A stretch of DNA of 64,000 bases from Candidatus Woesearchaeota archaeon (GTDB lineage Archaea > Nanobdellota > Nanobdellia > Pacearchaeales > GW2011-AR1). Within the stretch, counting starts at the first letter, position 1. Each line of letters begins with the position of its first letter. This document shows positions 27,842-37,755 of the stretch, one piece after another. The DNA lies in contig CAZJPE010000001.1 in the NCBI GenBank assembly GCA_964547875.1, positions 176,703 to 240,702 of the forward strand, in the 5' to 3' direction. The position numbers and the translations under genes are program-made. The notes under the pieces were generated by a model. It searched no databases and was not told the origin of the DNA. It saw only the letters and a program-made list of their open reading frames with translations.

Positions 27842-27956
27842 AGTTATTGTTTAGATTACTAAAATATAAATCTTTCTAAGATATTAAGTCAATAATATAG
27901 TAGCAATTTAAATAATCAATCAACAACCTTAAATAATCTCCTTGTTTAAAATTATT

Positions 27957-29612
27957 ATGGCAGATTTTTCAAAAGAGATTAAGGCTTACGCATTAAAAAA
28001 TGCTATTAAATTTGGAAAGGCTGATGTAAATAAGATTTTGCCGAAATTGTTCCAACACGGCTTGAAAAAGGAAGACATAAAAGAAGTTTTGAAGGAAATA
28101 AAGGGGATTGTAGAAGAGGTTAATTCTCTTTCTAGCGAAGAGAGAAAATTGATTTTTGCTAATTATGAGGGAATTGTTAAGATTAGAGAAGAAAAAAAAG
28201 ATTTGGCAGAAATTCCAAATGCAAAAAGGAAGAAGCTAATATTTAGGGCTGCCCCATTTCCGTCTGGAGCATTGCATTTAGGGAATGCTAAAACATTTAT
28301 TTTGAACGCCTTGTATGCTGAAAAATATAAAGGGAAATTATTGCTCGTTATGGACGATACAATTGGAAGTGCTGAGAAACAGATTGATAAAGAATCTTAT
28401 GAGTTAATAATAAACGCTTTTGACTGGCTTGGAATAAAATACAGCAAGAATATTATTTATAAGTCAGATAGGTTAAAGATTTATTATGACTATGCTAAGG
28501 AATTAATCAGAAAAGACAGGGCTTATGTATGCCATTGCCCTCAAGAGGAATTGAGAAAAAATCGAATTGAAGGAAAGGAATGCGGCTGTAGGGTTTTACC
28601 CTTGAAAGTGCAATTGAAAAGATGGGGGGAAATGTTTGAGATGAAAGAAGGGCAAGCGACATTGAGAATAAAGACAGACATGAAGCATGCTAATCCTGCA
28701 TTTCGTGATAGAGTTTTATTCAAGATATCAAATAGAGAGCATCCGAGAGCTGGAAAGAAATACAAAGTCTGGCCGACATTAGAGATGAGCTGGGCAATTG
28801 ACGATCATCTTTTGAAAGTGAGCCATATTATTAGAGGAAATGACTTGATGATTGAGAGCGAAATGGAGAGATATATCTGGGATATTTTCAAATGGAAGCA
28901 TCCCGAGATAATTCATACCGGACTTGTTAATATCGAGAATGCTAAAATCTCTAAGTCAAAGGCACAGAAAGAGGTTAAAAGTGAGAAATTTTTTGGATGG
29001 GATGACCCGAGAACATGGAGCATTCAGAGCTTGAGAAGAAGAGGAATTTCTGCAGAAGCGATAAAAGAATTCGTGAAAGAGATAGGATTAAACAGGCAGA
29101 ACATTAGTGTTCCAATTGATAGCTTATACGCTATTAATAGAAAACTTATTGACAGCGAGGCGCATCGCTATTCTTTTATTGTCAATCCCATTAAATTAGA
29201 CATAGCCAACAAACCTGATTGGAATAAGATTGACGTGCCTATACACCCGGAGAAAAAAGAGAAACGAGAGGTTTCATTGGGAGAGATTTATATTGGCAAG
29301 AATGATTATGAAAAGTTTAAGGGAAAGGAAATAAGACTGCTTCATTTGTATAATATTAAACTAAATAAGAAATGCGAATTAACATCTATAGACAATAAAG
29401 ATATTGCCAAGATAAACTGGGTTTCTAATTATGTTACAGCGCGGATTTTAATGCCTGATGGGAGCTGGATTGAGGGAATTGCAGAAGAGGGCGTTAAGAA
29501 TCTAGAGAAGGGAGAAGTTATCCAATTTGAAAGGAATTTTTTCTGCAGATTTGACAGCACAAAGAAAATTGACGATAGGGGCGTTTATGAATTCTGGTTT
29601 GCGCATAAATGA
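27957..29612 (+). CDS. gltX: Glutamyl-tRNA synthetase (archaeal type)
   Basis: RAAPFPSGALHLGNAKTFILNALYA (HIGH region), KISKSK (KMSKS region), WDDPR. The track start TTG 27942 is replaced by ATG 27957. Confidence 0.9.
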   Translation: MADFSKEIKAYALKNAIKFGKADVNKILPKLFQHGLKKEDIKEVLKEIKGIVEEVNSLSSEERKLIFANYEGIVKIREEKKDLAEIPNAKRKKLIFRAAPFPSGALHLGNAKTFILNALYAEKYKGKLLLVMDDTIGSAEKQIDKESYELIINAFDWLGIKYSKNIIYKSDRLKIYYDYAKELIRKDRAYVCHCPQEELRKNRIEGKECGCRVLPLKVQLKRWGEMFEMKEGQATLRIKTDMKHANPAFRDRVLFKISNREHPRAGKKYKVWPTLEMSWAIDDHLLKVSHIIRGNDLMIESEMERYIWDIFKWKHPEIIHTGLVNIENAKISKSKAQKEVKSEKFFGWDDPRTWSIQSLRRRGISAEAIKEFVKEIGLNRQNISVPIDSLYAINRKLIDSEAHRYSFIVNPIKLDIANKPDWNKIDVPIHPEKKEKREVSLGEIYIGKNDYEKFKGKEIRLLHLYNIKLNKKCELTSIDNKDIAKINWVSNYVTARILMPDGSWIEGIAEEGVKNLEKGEVIQFERNFFCRFDSTKKIDDRGVYEFWFAHK

Positions 29613-29845
29613 TTTTTCGCCTGCTATAAAGAAGAACAAAGAGGGATGGAAACAAGATAGCGAATCATTTCATAAAGGTTTACAGATAAAAGCTCTGCAA
29701 TTAAGAATGAATTATATAAAATTGATACGAAAGAAAAAACCAATTAGAAGAATTTGCAGCCAAAGAGAAACTTGAATTTTTTATAAGGATAGGTTTTTTA
29801 AACTCTCTTTTTTAATAATTATCATGGATTATTGGAGATTTGAAA

Positions 29846-31573
29846 ATGAAGCAAAACATTCAGCAAGAAATGAAAATTCGTTCGCCCATTGTCACAATAG
29901 TCGGGCATGTAGACCACGGAAAGACGTCGCTGCTTGACAGATTTAGAGGAACGTCTATTCAAAAGGGAGAAGCTGGGGGAATAACGCAGAAGATATCTTA
30001 TACTAAATATCCTCTAGAACAAATAAAGAGAACATGCCCTTTGATTGAGGCAGGAAGCGTTAAGCTTGATATCCCTGGATTTTTGTTTATTGATACTCCT
30101 GGACATGCTGCTTTTACTAATTTGAGAAAAAGAGGCGGCTCTTTAGCTGACTTGGCTATTTTAGTTATTTCTATCAAAGAAGGAATCAAGCCTCAGACTG
30201 CAGAAGTTTTGCAGATTTTAAAGGCGTATAAAACTCCGTTTTTGATAGCATTGAACAAGATTGACACAATATCTGGATGGAAACATCATCCTGGAGGTTT
30301 AAGAGATTCTATCAATAGTCAGGCTATTCATGTCAGCCAGGAATTTCAGCAGGCATTGCTGACTTTTCAGGGTTCATTAAACGAGCATGGCTTTGATTCA
30401 GGATTGTATTATGAGATTGATGATTTCAGGAAAAATGTCGCGATTGTCCCGTGCTCTGCCAGAACAGGCGAGGGCATTTCTGAATTGCTGTTAGTTCTTT
30501 GCGGGTTGTGCCAGAGATTTTTAAAGGAGAGACTAAAGATTTCTGATGAAGCCAAGGGCGTTATATTAGAGATTAAAAAAGAAAAAGCAATGGATTATGC
30601 TGAATCTATATTGTATGATGGAGCATTAAAAATAGGAGATGAAATTGCAATTGCCAGTTTTTTAGAGCCCATTATTAGTAAGATCAGAGCTTTAGAGGAA
30701 ATTGAGCCTTTGTCTTTTAGATATAAATCTGTTGAAAATGTAGGCGCTGCTTCGGGAATAAGGATTCATTTGACAAATAAAGAGGGTGTTCTTCCCGGGA
30801 TGCCTTTCCAGATAATTCATAAAAATTTTGATGAATTAAAAAAAATATTTAAAAAAGAATTATCAGGGGCTTTGCAGCTGGACAATAATGGTGTAATTGT
30901 CAAGGCTGATTCTCTCGGAAGTTTAGACGCCTTAATCAGCTTATTGAGATTTGAAAATATTAATATCGTTAAAGCAGGGATAGGGCCTATTGTCAAGGCA
31001 GACATAACAGCTGCAAAAGCGAATCTTGAGATAGATCCTTTAGATGCTGTTGTAATTGGATTTAATGTTCCAATTGAAGATAGTGTTGATTCAGGGAATG
31101 TGAAAATATTAAGAGATAATGTTATTTATAAACTAATTGAGAACTTGCAGGAATGGCGCAAGGCAAGACAGGGTGAAATGGAGAAGGAGAGATTAATGGG
31201 GCTCGCAAGCATCTGCAAATTAGAGATTTTGCATAATTTTGTTTTTAGAAATTCAAATCCTGCAATTTTCGGCGTTAGAGTTTCTGGAGGAAAGGTCAGA
31301 ATCGGATTGTCTTTAATCGACGAGAGCGGAGAAAAAGTTGCCAGAGTGAAGGGCCTGCAAAAAGAGAAAGAAAGCGTTCTTGAAGCTCTCGAGGGAGAGG
31401 AATTGTCAGTCTCTTTGCCCGGAGTGAATTTTGAAAGGCGCTTGGGTGACAAGAAGTATTTGTATTCTGATATCAGCGCTAGTGATTTCAAGAATTTCAA
31501 AAAGAACAAGGATTTATTGTCTGCTAACGAGTTGAGAATTTTAGACGAAATTGCTAGGATGAAGAGATTTTAG
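29846..31573 (+). CDS. infB: Translation initiation factor aIF5B (IF2-type GTPase)
   Basis: SPIVTIVGHVDHGKTSLLD, DTPGH, NKID. The ATG at 29846 follows track TTG 29840. Confidence 0.92.
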   Translation: MKQNIQQEMKIRSPIVTIVGHVDHGKTSLLDRFRGTSIQKGEAGGITQKISYTKYPLEQIKRTCPLIEAGSVKLDIPGFLFIDTPGHAAFTNLRKRGGSLADLAILVISIKEGIKPQTAEVLQILKAYKTPFLIALNKIDTISGWKHHPGGLRDSINSQAIHVSQEFQQALLTFQGSLNEHGFDSGLYYEIDDFRKNVAIVPCSARTGEGISELLLVLCGLCQRFLKERLKISDEAKGVILEIKKEKAMDYAESILYDGALKIGDEIAIASFLEPIISKIRALEEIEPLSFRYKSVENVGAASGIRIHLTNKEGVLPGMPFQIIHKNFDELKKIFKKELSGALQLDNNGVIVKADSLGSLDALISLLRFENINIVKAGIGPIVKADITAAKANLEIDPLDAVVIGFNVPIEDSVDSGNVKILRDNVIYKLIENLQEWRKARQGEMEKERLMGLASICKLEILHNFVFRNSNPAIFGVRVSGGKVRIGLSLIDESGEKVARVKGLQKEKESVLEALEGEELSVSLPGVNFERRLGDKKYLYSDISASDFKNFKKNKDLLSANELRILDEIARMKRF

Positions 31574-31595
31574 TTAAAAACCGAAAAATATATAA

Positions 31596-31619
31596 ATACC
31601 CACACATATGTGTGGGTAT
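31596..31619. promoter_or_regulatory. Perfect 24-bp palindrome ATACCCACACATATGTGTGGGTAT between TATA and vapB start
   Basis: Read directly. GC-rich core in an AT-rich spacer. It overlaps the ATG at 31618, with TATA aaaatatataaata immediately upstream. Confidence 0.65.
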
Positions 31620-31878
31620 GGCAACAAAAAATATTTCAATAACAGAAGAAGCATATAAAATTTTAGAGAGAAATAAAAAGGACGACGATAGTTTCTCTAA
31701 AGTCATAGTCAGAGAGATGGGAGGCAAAGGCAATATTAAAAAACTTAGAGAGTTTTATGGCATTTTATCCAAGGAGGCAGGAGACGCTTTAAAAAAAAAT
31801 ATTTCAGAAGGAAGAAAAAGACATAGAGAGACGCACAAAAAAAGAATTGAAAGATTAAGAGAGGAGTTTAATAATTAA
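31618..31878 (+). CDS. VapB-type antitoxin (MATKNISITEEAYKILE family)
   Basis: The N-terminus is typical of small archaeal antitoxins paired with PIN toxins. The track start GTG 31612 is replaced by ATG 31618. Confidence 0.7.
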   Translation: MATKNISITEEAYKILERNKKDDDSFSKVIVREMGGKGNIKKLREFYGILSKEAGDALKKNISEGRKRHRETHKKRIERLREEFNN

Positions 31879-32282
31879 TGGTTTGTTTAGATACTTCAAT
31901 AATTATAGACATATTAAGAGAAAAAGTTAATTTAGATCAGTTAGAATTAAATTTAGCGGAAAACGAAATAGCTAAGATACCTTCCCCTGCCATTATCGAA
32001 ATTATTCTGGGACTCCATTTGAATTCCAATATTCTTAATATCTATAAAAATGAGAGAGAGAAAATAGACAAATTGCTTTCTTCTTTTCCTATACTGGATT
32101 TAGATAAAGAGAGTGCTATTTTAGCGGGAGAGATTGAAGCTAATTTAATAAATATGGGAAATATCATTGATATAGAAGATATTATGATTGGAGCTATAGC
32201 CTTACATAATAACGAAAAATTAATTACAAGAAATAAAAAACATTTTGAAAGAATCAAAGGACTGGAAATCGAGGGATATTAA
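31878..32282 (+). CDS. vapC: PIN-domain toxin VapC
   Basis: MVCLDTSIIIDILR...TRNKKHFERI. The start overlaps the antitoxin stop. Confidence 0.85.
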   Translation: MVCLDTSIIIDILREKVNLDQLELNLAENEIAKIPSPAIIEIILGLHLNSNILNIYKNEREKIDKLLSSFPILDLDKESAILAGEIEANLINMGNIIDIEDIMIGAIALHNNEKLITRNKKHFERIKGLEIEGY

Positions 32283-32418
32283 TCGCTATAGCGAGAGACC
32301 TAAATCTTCACTCAAGGCTATTTAGTTCTCTCGAATATAGCAACTGGCAAATTGAGGAATTATTTAAGTCATTTACTATAGAAGCAAGTTTTAAAAACTC
32401 ACTTTTTCTTCAAAAGAT

Positions 32419-32871
32419 ATGGCATTTAAAATAATTATCGGAGATAAGGGAAAGGCGTGGAGAATGGAGAAAGATGCTGAATTCTTAGTCGGGCTTTCTG
32501 TCGGAGAAAAATTTGATGGCAAGGAGCTTGGAAACGAGCTTGAGGGATACGAGCTTGAGATTACGGGAGGGAGCGATATATCAGGATTCCCATTGTATAA
32601 AGAGGTTGAAGGAATTGGGTTGAAGAGAGTTTTGCTTAAAAGAGGTTGGGGGATGAGAGATAATAGAAAAGGGGTTAGATTAAGGAAAACTGTCAGGGGC
32701 AAAACGATTTCTAACAAAGCAGTCCAGATTAACATGAAAGTTATTAAAGAAGGGAAGAAAAAATTAAGCGAGATTTTTCCAGAGCAGAATAGGGCTGTTG
32801 AAAAAGTTGAGGAAAAAAAGATTGAGAAGGTTGAGAATAAGGTAGCGCAGGAAGTAAAAACTGAAGCATGA
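32419..32871 (+). CDS. rps6e: Ribosomal protein S6e (eS6)
   Basis: MAFKIIIGDKGKAWRMEKD...ELEITGGSDISGFPL. Confidence 0.92.
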   Translation: MAFKIIIGDKGKAWRMEKDAEFLVGLSVGEKFDGKELGNELEGYELEITGGSDISGFPLYKEVEGIGLKRVLLKRGWGMRDNRKGVRLRKTVRGKTISNKAVQINMKVIKEGKKKLSEIFPEQNRAVEKVEEKKIEKVENKVAQEVKTEA

Positions 32872-32906
32872 TTTTATTAAAGAAGATTTTTGATAGACAA
32901 GGATAA

Positions 32907-32950
32907 TACATAATTGTTGACGAATTTCAGGATACTTACAAAATAAAATT
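32907..32950 (+). pseudogene. Relic fragment of a UvrD-family helicase gene (motif II YIIVDEFQDT)
   Basis: A 23-nt exact match attgttgacgaatttcaggatac (32913-32935) to 35416-35438 in the intact helicase. The flanking codons differ only synonymously, and the fragment is bounded by stops. Confidence 0.55.
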
Positions 32951-32973
32951 TTATCATGAAAATTAATCTTAAT

Positions 32974-32987
32974 GAAGATTTAAAAAC
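32974..32987 (+). promoter_or_regulatory. Consensus promoter motif gaagatttaaaaac
   Basis: ATG of aIF2-gamma (33008) lies about 25 nt downstream. Confidence 0.45.
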
Positions 32988-33007
32988 ACTTATTTCTAAG
33001 AAAAGTT

Positions 33008-34213
33008 ATGAAAGAAAAGAAAGAGCCAGAAAGCGAAGACAACATCTTGAATGTAGGTTTAGTCGGGCATATTGACCATGGAAAAACAACTTTGTTGCAA
33101 AAGCTTAGCGGGAAGTGGACAGACACTCATTCAGAGGAATTAAAGAGAGGGATTACTATCAAGCTTGGGTATGCTGATAAAAAAATTTATTACGATGAAA
33201 AAGATGGCTATAATATCTCTGGGAATGGGAGAAAAATAAGAGAATTATCTTTTATTGACGCTCCAGGGCACGAGATGCTGATGGCTACGATGCTTTCAGG
33301 GGCTGCGTTGATTGATGTTGCTTTGCTTGTCATCGCGGCAAATGAGGGCATAAAGCCACAGACTAGAGAGCACTTAATTGCGTTAAAAGTCAAGGATATA
33401 AAGCATTTAATAGTTGTCCAGAACAAAATAGATTTGGTTGATGCGAAAAGAGCAAGGGAGAATTATAATGAGATAAGGGATTTTTTAAAGGGGAAATATG
33501 ATAACGCTATGATTATTCCCGTATCTGCGCAGCAAGGCGTTAATATAGATTTAATTTGGAAAGCGCTTTCTGAAATTCCTTATCCCGAAAGAGATAAAAG
33601 CGGATATCCTTTTTTTCTAATTGCGAGAAGTTTTGATATCAATAAGCCTGGAACAGAACCGAAGGATTTGCACGGGGCTGTGTTTGGAGGAGCATTGAAG
33701 CGGGGAGCGTTGAAAGTTGGAGACGAGATAGAAATTAAGCCAGGGAGAGTTGTAAAAGAGGCTAATAAGTATAGATATGAAACTATTACGACAAAAGTTA
33801 TTAATTTATTCAAGGGTAGCAAAAGTGTTCTTGAATTAACGCCTGGAGGAAGCATGTCTATTGAGACAGAGCTTGACATGGCTTTAGGAAAATCCGATGC
33901 GTTAGCTGGGAATGTTATTTCTATAAAAGGCAAATTGCCTGAATTAACGCAGCAACTCGGGCTCAAGTATGAATTGTTTAGCGAGGTTTTCGGGATAAAT
34001 GAAAAAATGGCAGTGGGGCCTATAAAACCATCAGAAGTATTGCTATTGAGCATAAACACCTCTACGACAGGAGGCAGTGTTTTTTCTATTAAGAATGATG
34101 AGATTGGAATTTCTTTGAAAGTGCCTGTTATTGCTTTTAGCAAGGATAACGTTGGCATCGCAAGAAATATTCAAGGACATTGGAGATTGATTGGGCACGG
34201 AAGAGTTATTTAG
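33008..34213 (+). CDS. eif2g: Translation initiation factor aIF2 gamma subunit
   Basis: LNVGLVGHIDHGKTTLLQKLSGKWTDTHSEELKRGITIKLGYA, DAPGH, NKID. Confidence 0.92.
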   Translation: MKEKKEPESEDNILNVGLVGHIDHGKTTLLQKLSGKWTDTHSEELKRGITIKLGYADKKIYYDEKDGYNISGNGRKIRELSFIDAPGHEMLMATMLSGAALIDVALLVIAANEGIKPQTREHLIALKVKDIKHLIVVQNKIDLVDAKRARENYNEIRDFLKGKYDNAMIIPVSAQQGVNIDLIWKALSEIPYPERDKSGYPFFLIARSFDINKPGTEPKDLHGAVFGGALKRGALKVGDEIEIKPGRVVKEANKYRYETITTKVINLFKGSKSVLELTPGGSMSIETELDMALGKSDALAGNVISIKGKLPELTQQLGLKYELFSEVFGINEKMAVGPIKPSEVLLLSINTSTTGGSVFSIKNDEIGISLKVPVIAFSKDNVGIARNIQGHWRLIGHGRVI

Positions 34214-34242
34214 TTTGTGTATTATTTAGGGGGTAACAAATA

Positions 34243-34258
34243 GAAAGATTTTATATAG
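34243..34258 (+). promoter_or_regulatory. Consensus promoter motif gaaagattttatatag
   Basis: ATG at 34279 lies about 25 nt downstream. Confidence 0.45.
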
Positions 34259-34278
34259 AAGTTATGCCTTAATAAATA

Positions 34279-34629
34279 ATGGAAGAAACAGCTGTTTTGG
34301 ATAGGGATTTCAGCAATATTTATGAGCATTATTCCGAATTAGTTAGACTAATAAAAGAGAAAAAAGACATGCCTCTTAGAATGAAGGAACATACTCATTC
34401 AGCGAATCAGGCATATCTTGAAAGAATGAATTGTTATCCAAAGGTTTTGTATGGAAGAGAGAATAGGGCTACAAAGTTTAATCTTGGACAGGATTCAAAT
34501 TTTTTAAATGAAACTGGATTGCGCAGAGCAGATTCTAAAGAGCTTTGCCTTGAGATAGATTTGGTATTATCCACTTTGTGCAAATATAAACTGGAAGAAT
34601 TGGCTGTTTCTCAGAAGAAAGCTATATAA
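34279..34629 (+). CDS. Hypothetical protein
   Basis: 116-aa ORF with a consensus promoter. Confidence 0.5.
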   Translation: MEETAVLDRDFSNIYEHYSELVRLIKEKKDMPLRMKEHTHSANQAYLERMNCYPKVLYGRENRATKFNLGQDSNFLNETGLRRADSKELCLEIDLVLSTLCKYKLEELAVSQKKAI

Positions 34630-34677
34630 TATTCTAAGATTAATAATATTTTTAACCTCTTTATTGTATGAAAGTTT

Positions 34678-37620
34678 ATGGCGCAGGAAGAAGCTATAAA
34701 AAGCGTTAAAGGGCCTTGTGTAATTTTGGCAGGGGCAGGAACAGGGAAGACTCATACTATTGTTGAGAAAATTAAATACATTATTAATAATAAGATATAC
34801 AAACCAGAAAGAATTGTCTGCATAACTTTTTCTTATGAGGCTGCGAATGATTTGCTGAATAGGGTCAGGAAAACATTAAATTCAGTTGAAGAGAGAGAGC
34901 CGATAATAAGGACTTTTCACGGCTTTTCAGCAGATTTATTGAGGGAATATGGGGAAAAGATGGGAATTAATGCTAGATTTAACATTCTCACTCCTGATGA
35001 TGCGAAGGTAGTTCTGCATCGCTATTTGAAGATTTCCAGTGCTGACTGCCATAAATACATAAGTGCGATAGGCATTGCGAAAGATTTAGGCATAGCTCTT
35101 GATTCCCTACAGAAATACTTAGAGGCTAAAATGAGGGGCATTGGCGATTCAGAGTTTTTAGAGAAAAAAATTGGGGATCTTGATTTTCAGCTAAAAACGC
35201 TTCATTTGAAGAAGGAAAAAATAATTAAAGAAGAGATTACAGCGGAAATAAGAAAGTTAAGGAATTTATTAAATTTAAAGAAATTCATTAAAGCATGGGC
35301 TGCTTATGAAAAAATAAAGCAGATTAAGAATTATCAGGATTATTCTGATTTGAATAAAAATGCCATAAATTTGCTGCAGAAAGATAAGGTAATTGCAGAT
35401 AGCTATGATTATATTATTGTTGACGAATTTCAGGATACAAATAAGGTGCAATTAGACATGTTATTTTTGCTAGCTGCTCATAGAAATATTACAGTAGTCG
35501 GAGATTTGAACCAATCAATTTACAGATTTCGCGGGGCATACAACAGGAATTTCAGTGATTTTAAAGAGAGGTTTAAAGTTGAAGAAAAGGATTTTTTTAA
35601 TTTAGATCGTTCATATAGATCGCCTAATAAGGTCCTAAGAGCAGCCTATCGTTTAATATTGAATAATTATTCTGATTTAGACAGATGTTTTCAAGTCCTT
35701 AATCGCGATGGCAGAGATGGAGAAAATATTGAGGCGTATGAACTGAAAAATGCAAGGGAAGAAGCAAGGAATGTTATTGAATTGGTCGAAAGAGAAATTC
35801 AGAAGGGGAATGAATTAAGGGATATTTGCGTGATGTTCAGGACTCATCAGCAGGGAAGGGTTTTTAAAAGAGCTTTTGAGGCAAGAGGGATTCCTTTTGT
35901 TTCTGTCAATAAGAATTCTTTATTGAAGGAAAAAAGCATAAAAATAGTTATTGACTACTTGGCAATTCTAAAGAAATTAAAAAATCAAGAAAATGGTGGG
36001 CAGGATGTATGGTGGAATTTATTTTATCATCTTGATTTTAAAGAAGAGGATTTAATCAAAATTGGGCGCTTTATCAAAAGCAATCCTGAAAATAAGAATT
36101 TGAGTAGGTCTATACTGGAAAATTTACAGAGTTTAGAATTATTAGAATCCGGGAGAATACTTGCGAGGATTTTAGTTGAAAGGCTCAACAAGCTATTGCC
36201 GTCTGCAAGCAAGAATGTGCAGGAGCTTATCAAGGATGTTTACAATGTTGCAGGCATGATTAATGAGCAAAAAATTAAGGAAGAAAAGATTGTCATGATG
36301 AATCTAAATAGATTTTATGAGCTGGCGAAAGAGCACGGCGCTTTATATGGCGATGACTTGGATGGATTTATATATTATCTTAATATCTTAGAAAGTTTGG
36401 GGATTGAGATTGAAGCCGCTGATTTTGAGGAGAATGGCGTCAGATTAATGACGCTGCATGCTACAAAGGGCTTGGAATATAAAATAGTAATAATCACGAA
36501 TCTTGCCCAGAAAAGATTCCCAATTGAAGGCGTTAAAAACAATCCTTTGATTCCTCCTGAATTATCACCTGAATTTAATTTTAACAATCTGTCAGAAAAG
36601 GATTTGGATTATTATATTTATGAGCATGAAAGGAAGAATCAGCTTTTTGAAGAGAGGAGATTATGCTATGTTGCATTTACGCGCGCAAAAGAAAAATTAA
36701 TATTGACTTATGCGAATGATTATGGGGGGAGAAGATATTATCCTTCTCCATTCCTGCACGAGATTAATTATAAAAACAACCTTGATTTTTCTTTTTTTGC
36801 TGATAAAGAGGAGAAGTATAATGAGCTGGAAACCAATAACAATTTGGTACAAGCCATTCCTTATAAAGACGAAAAAAATATTCCTTCTGACATAACTTTC
36901 TCTCCTTCTGCCTTGCTACTGTTTAAAGAATGCCAGAAAAAATATGAATATAAATATGTCTACAACATGCCTGAGCAGAAAACGATTTCTTGGGAGGCTG
37001 TGATGCTAGGAAGCTTTGTGCATAAAATATTGGAGGCAGGAGTAAATAAGAGATTTAGGAGTTTGAAGGAATATGAGGATTTGGCAAAGGAGATGCATAT
37101 TGAAGGTGATTGGAAGGATATAGATTTGCCTGAAGCGTTGCAAATAATAAGGATATTTTTTGAAAGGAATAAAAATAAGTACAATCTTAATTCAAAAACA
37201 GAGCAGGTTTTAAGGGCGCATTTAGGCGATTTTAATTTTGTCGGATTTGCAGACAGGATTGATTTCAATCCTGATGGAATTGAGATTGTGGATTATAAAA
37301 CAGGAAAGAGCGACGTGCCTTTATTGAATAGAAGCTGGCAATTGGGATATTATGCCTTGGCTGCTTCTTCTTTAGGAAAAGTGAGGAGAATTGTTTTAGA
37401 CGTGCTAAGGCACGAGAGGCCTTTGGAATTTGAGCTGGACGAGATGGGCAATGCACATGCGATCAATTCGCCGAAGATGGAAGGATTTAATGTTTTCGCA
37501 GTTGAGCAGGAACTGATTAAAACTGCCCAGGCAATTTTAGACGCCTATAAAAAAGGCTTTCAGCCGTGCGCTGTTGAGAAGAACTGCGAATTTTGCAACG
37601 AGTGGGTTTGGAGATTGTGA
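34678..37620 (+). CDS. UvrD/PcrA-type SF1 helicase fused to C-terminal Cas4/RecB-like PD-(D/E)xK nuclease with Cys cluster
   Basis: AGAGTGKTH (Walker A), VDEFQDT, TLHATKGLEY. C-terminal CQKKYEY...VDYKTGK...CAVEKNCEFC. Confidence 0.88.
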   Translation: MAQEEAIKSVKGPCVILAGAGTGKTHTIVEKIKYIINNKIYKPERIVCITFSYEAANDLLNRVRKTLNSVEEREPIIRTFHGFSADLLREYGEKMGINARFNILTPDDAKVVLHRYLKISSADCHKYISAIGIAKDLGIALDSLQKYLEAKMRGIGDSEFLEKKIGDLDFQLKTLHLKKEKIIKEEITAEIRKLRNLLNLKKFIKAWAAYEKIKQIKNYQDYSDLNKNAINLLQKDKVIADSYDYIIVDEFQDTNKVQLDMLFLLAAHRNITVVGDLNQSIYRFRGAYNRNFSDFKERFKVEEKDFFNLDRSYRSPNKVLRAAYRLILNNYSDLDRCFQVLNRDGRDGENIEAYELKNAREEARNVIELVEREIQKGNELRDICVMFRTHQQGRVFKRAFEARGIPFVSVNKNSLLKEKSIKIVIDYLAILKKLKNQENGGQDVWWNLFYHLDFKEEDLIKIGRFIKSNPENKNLSRSILENLQSLELLESGRILARILVERLNKLLPSASKNVQELIKDVYNVAGMINEQKIKEEKIVMMNLNRFYELAKEHGALYGDDLDGFIYYLNILESLGIEIEAADFEENGVRLMTLHATKGLEYKIVIITNLAQKRFPIEGVKNNPLIPPELSPEFNFNNLSEKDLDYYIYEHERKNQLFEERRLCYVAFTRAKEKLILTYANDYGGRRYYPSPFLHEINYKNNLDFSFFADKEEKYNELETNNNLVQAIPYKDEKNIPSDITFSPSALLLFKECQKKYEYKYVYNMPEQKTISWEAVMLGSFVHKILEAGVNKRFRSLKEYEDLAKEMHIEGDWKDIDLPEALQIIRIFFERNKNKYNLNSKTEQVLRAHLGDFNFVGFADRIDFNPDGIEIVDYKTGKSDVPLLNRSWQLGYYALAASSLGKVRRIVLDVLRHERPLEFELDEMGNAHAINSPKMEGFNVFAVEQELIKTAQAILDAYKKGFQPCAVEKNCEFCNEWVWRL

Positions 37621-37624
37621 AAAA

Positions 37625-37640
37625 GAAAGATTTTAATAAA
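37625..37640 (+). promoter_or_regulatory. Consensus promoter motif gaaagattttaataaa
   Basis: ATG at 37660 lies about 24 nt downstream. Confidence 0.45.
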
Positions 37641-37659
37641 CGCCTTCTTTCATAATTAA

Positions 37660-37755
37660 ATGAGTGATAATAAAATAAATTGGAAAGAAATTGCACTTTG
37701 GATTTTGATAATTTTGATTATTATAATGTTATTCGCATTATTTTTTAGAGAATGA
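37660..37755 (+). CDS. Unannotated 31-aa single-pass membrane micro-ORF (MSDNKINWKEIALWILIILIIIMLFALFFRE)
   Basis: Hand-read. Promoter motif at the correct distance, ATGA overlap with the next ORF, and an N-terminus paralogous to it. Confidence 0.35.
   Translation: MSDNKINWKEIALWILIILIIIMLFALFFRE

Noticed and set aside
25495-27850. Integrated element at tRNA-Val (HEPN/MNT plus unknown genes downstream)
   Set aside because: I found no integrase and no direct repeat of the tRNA 3' half downstream.
29527-29775. 82-aa track ORF after gltX
   Set aside because: It starts inside gltX in another frame and runs into the spacer, with no promoter motif.
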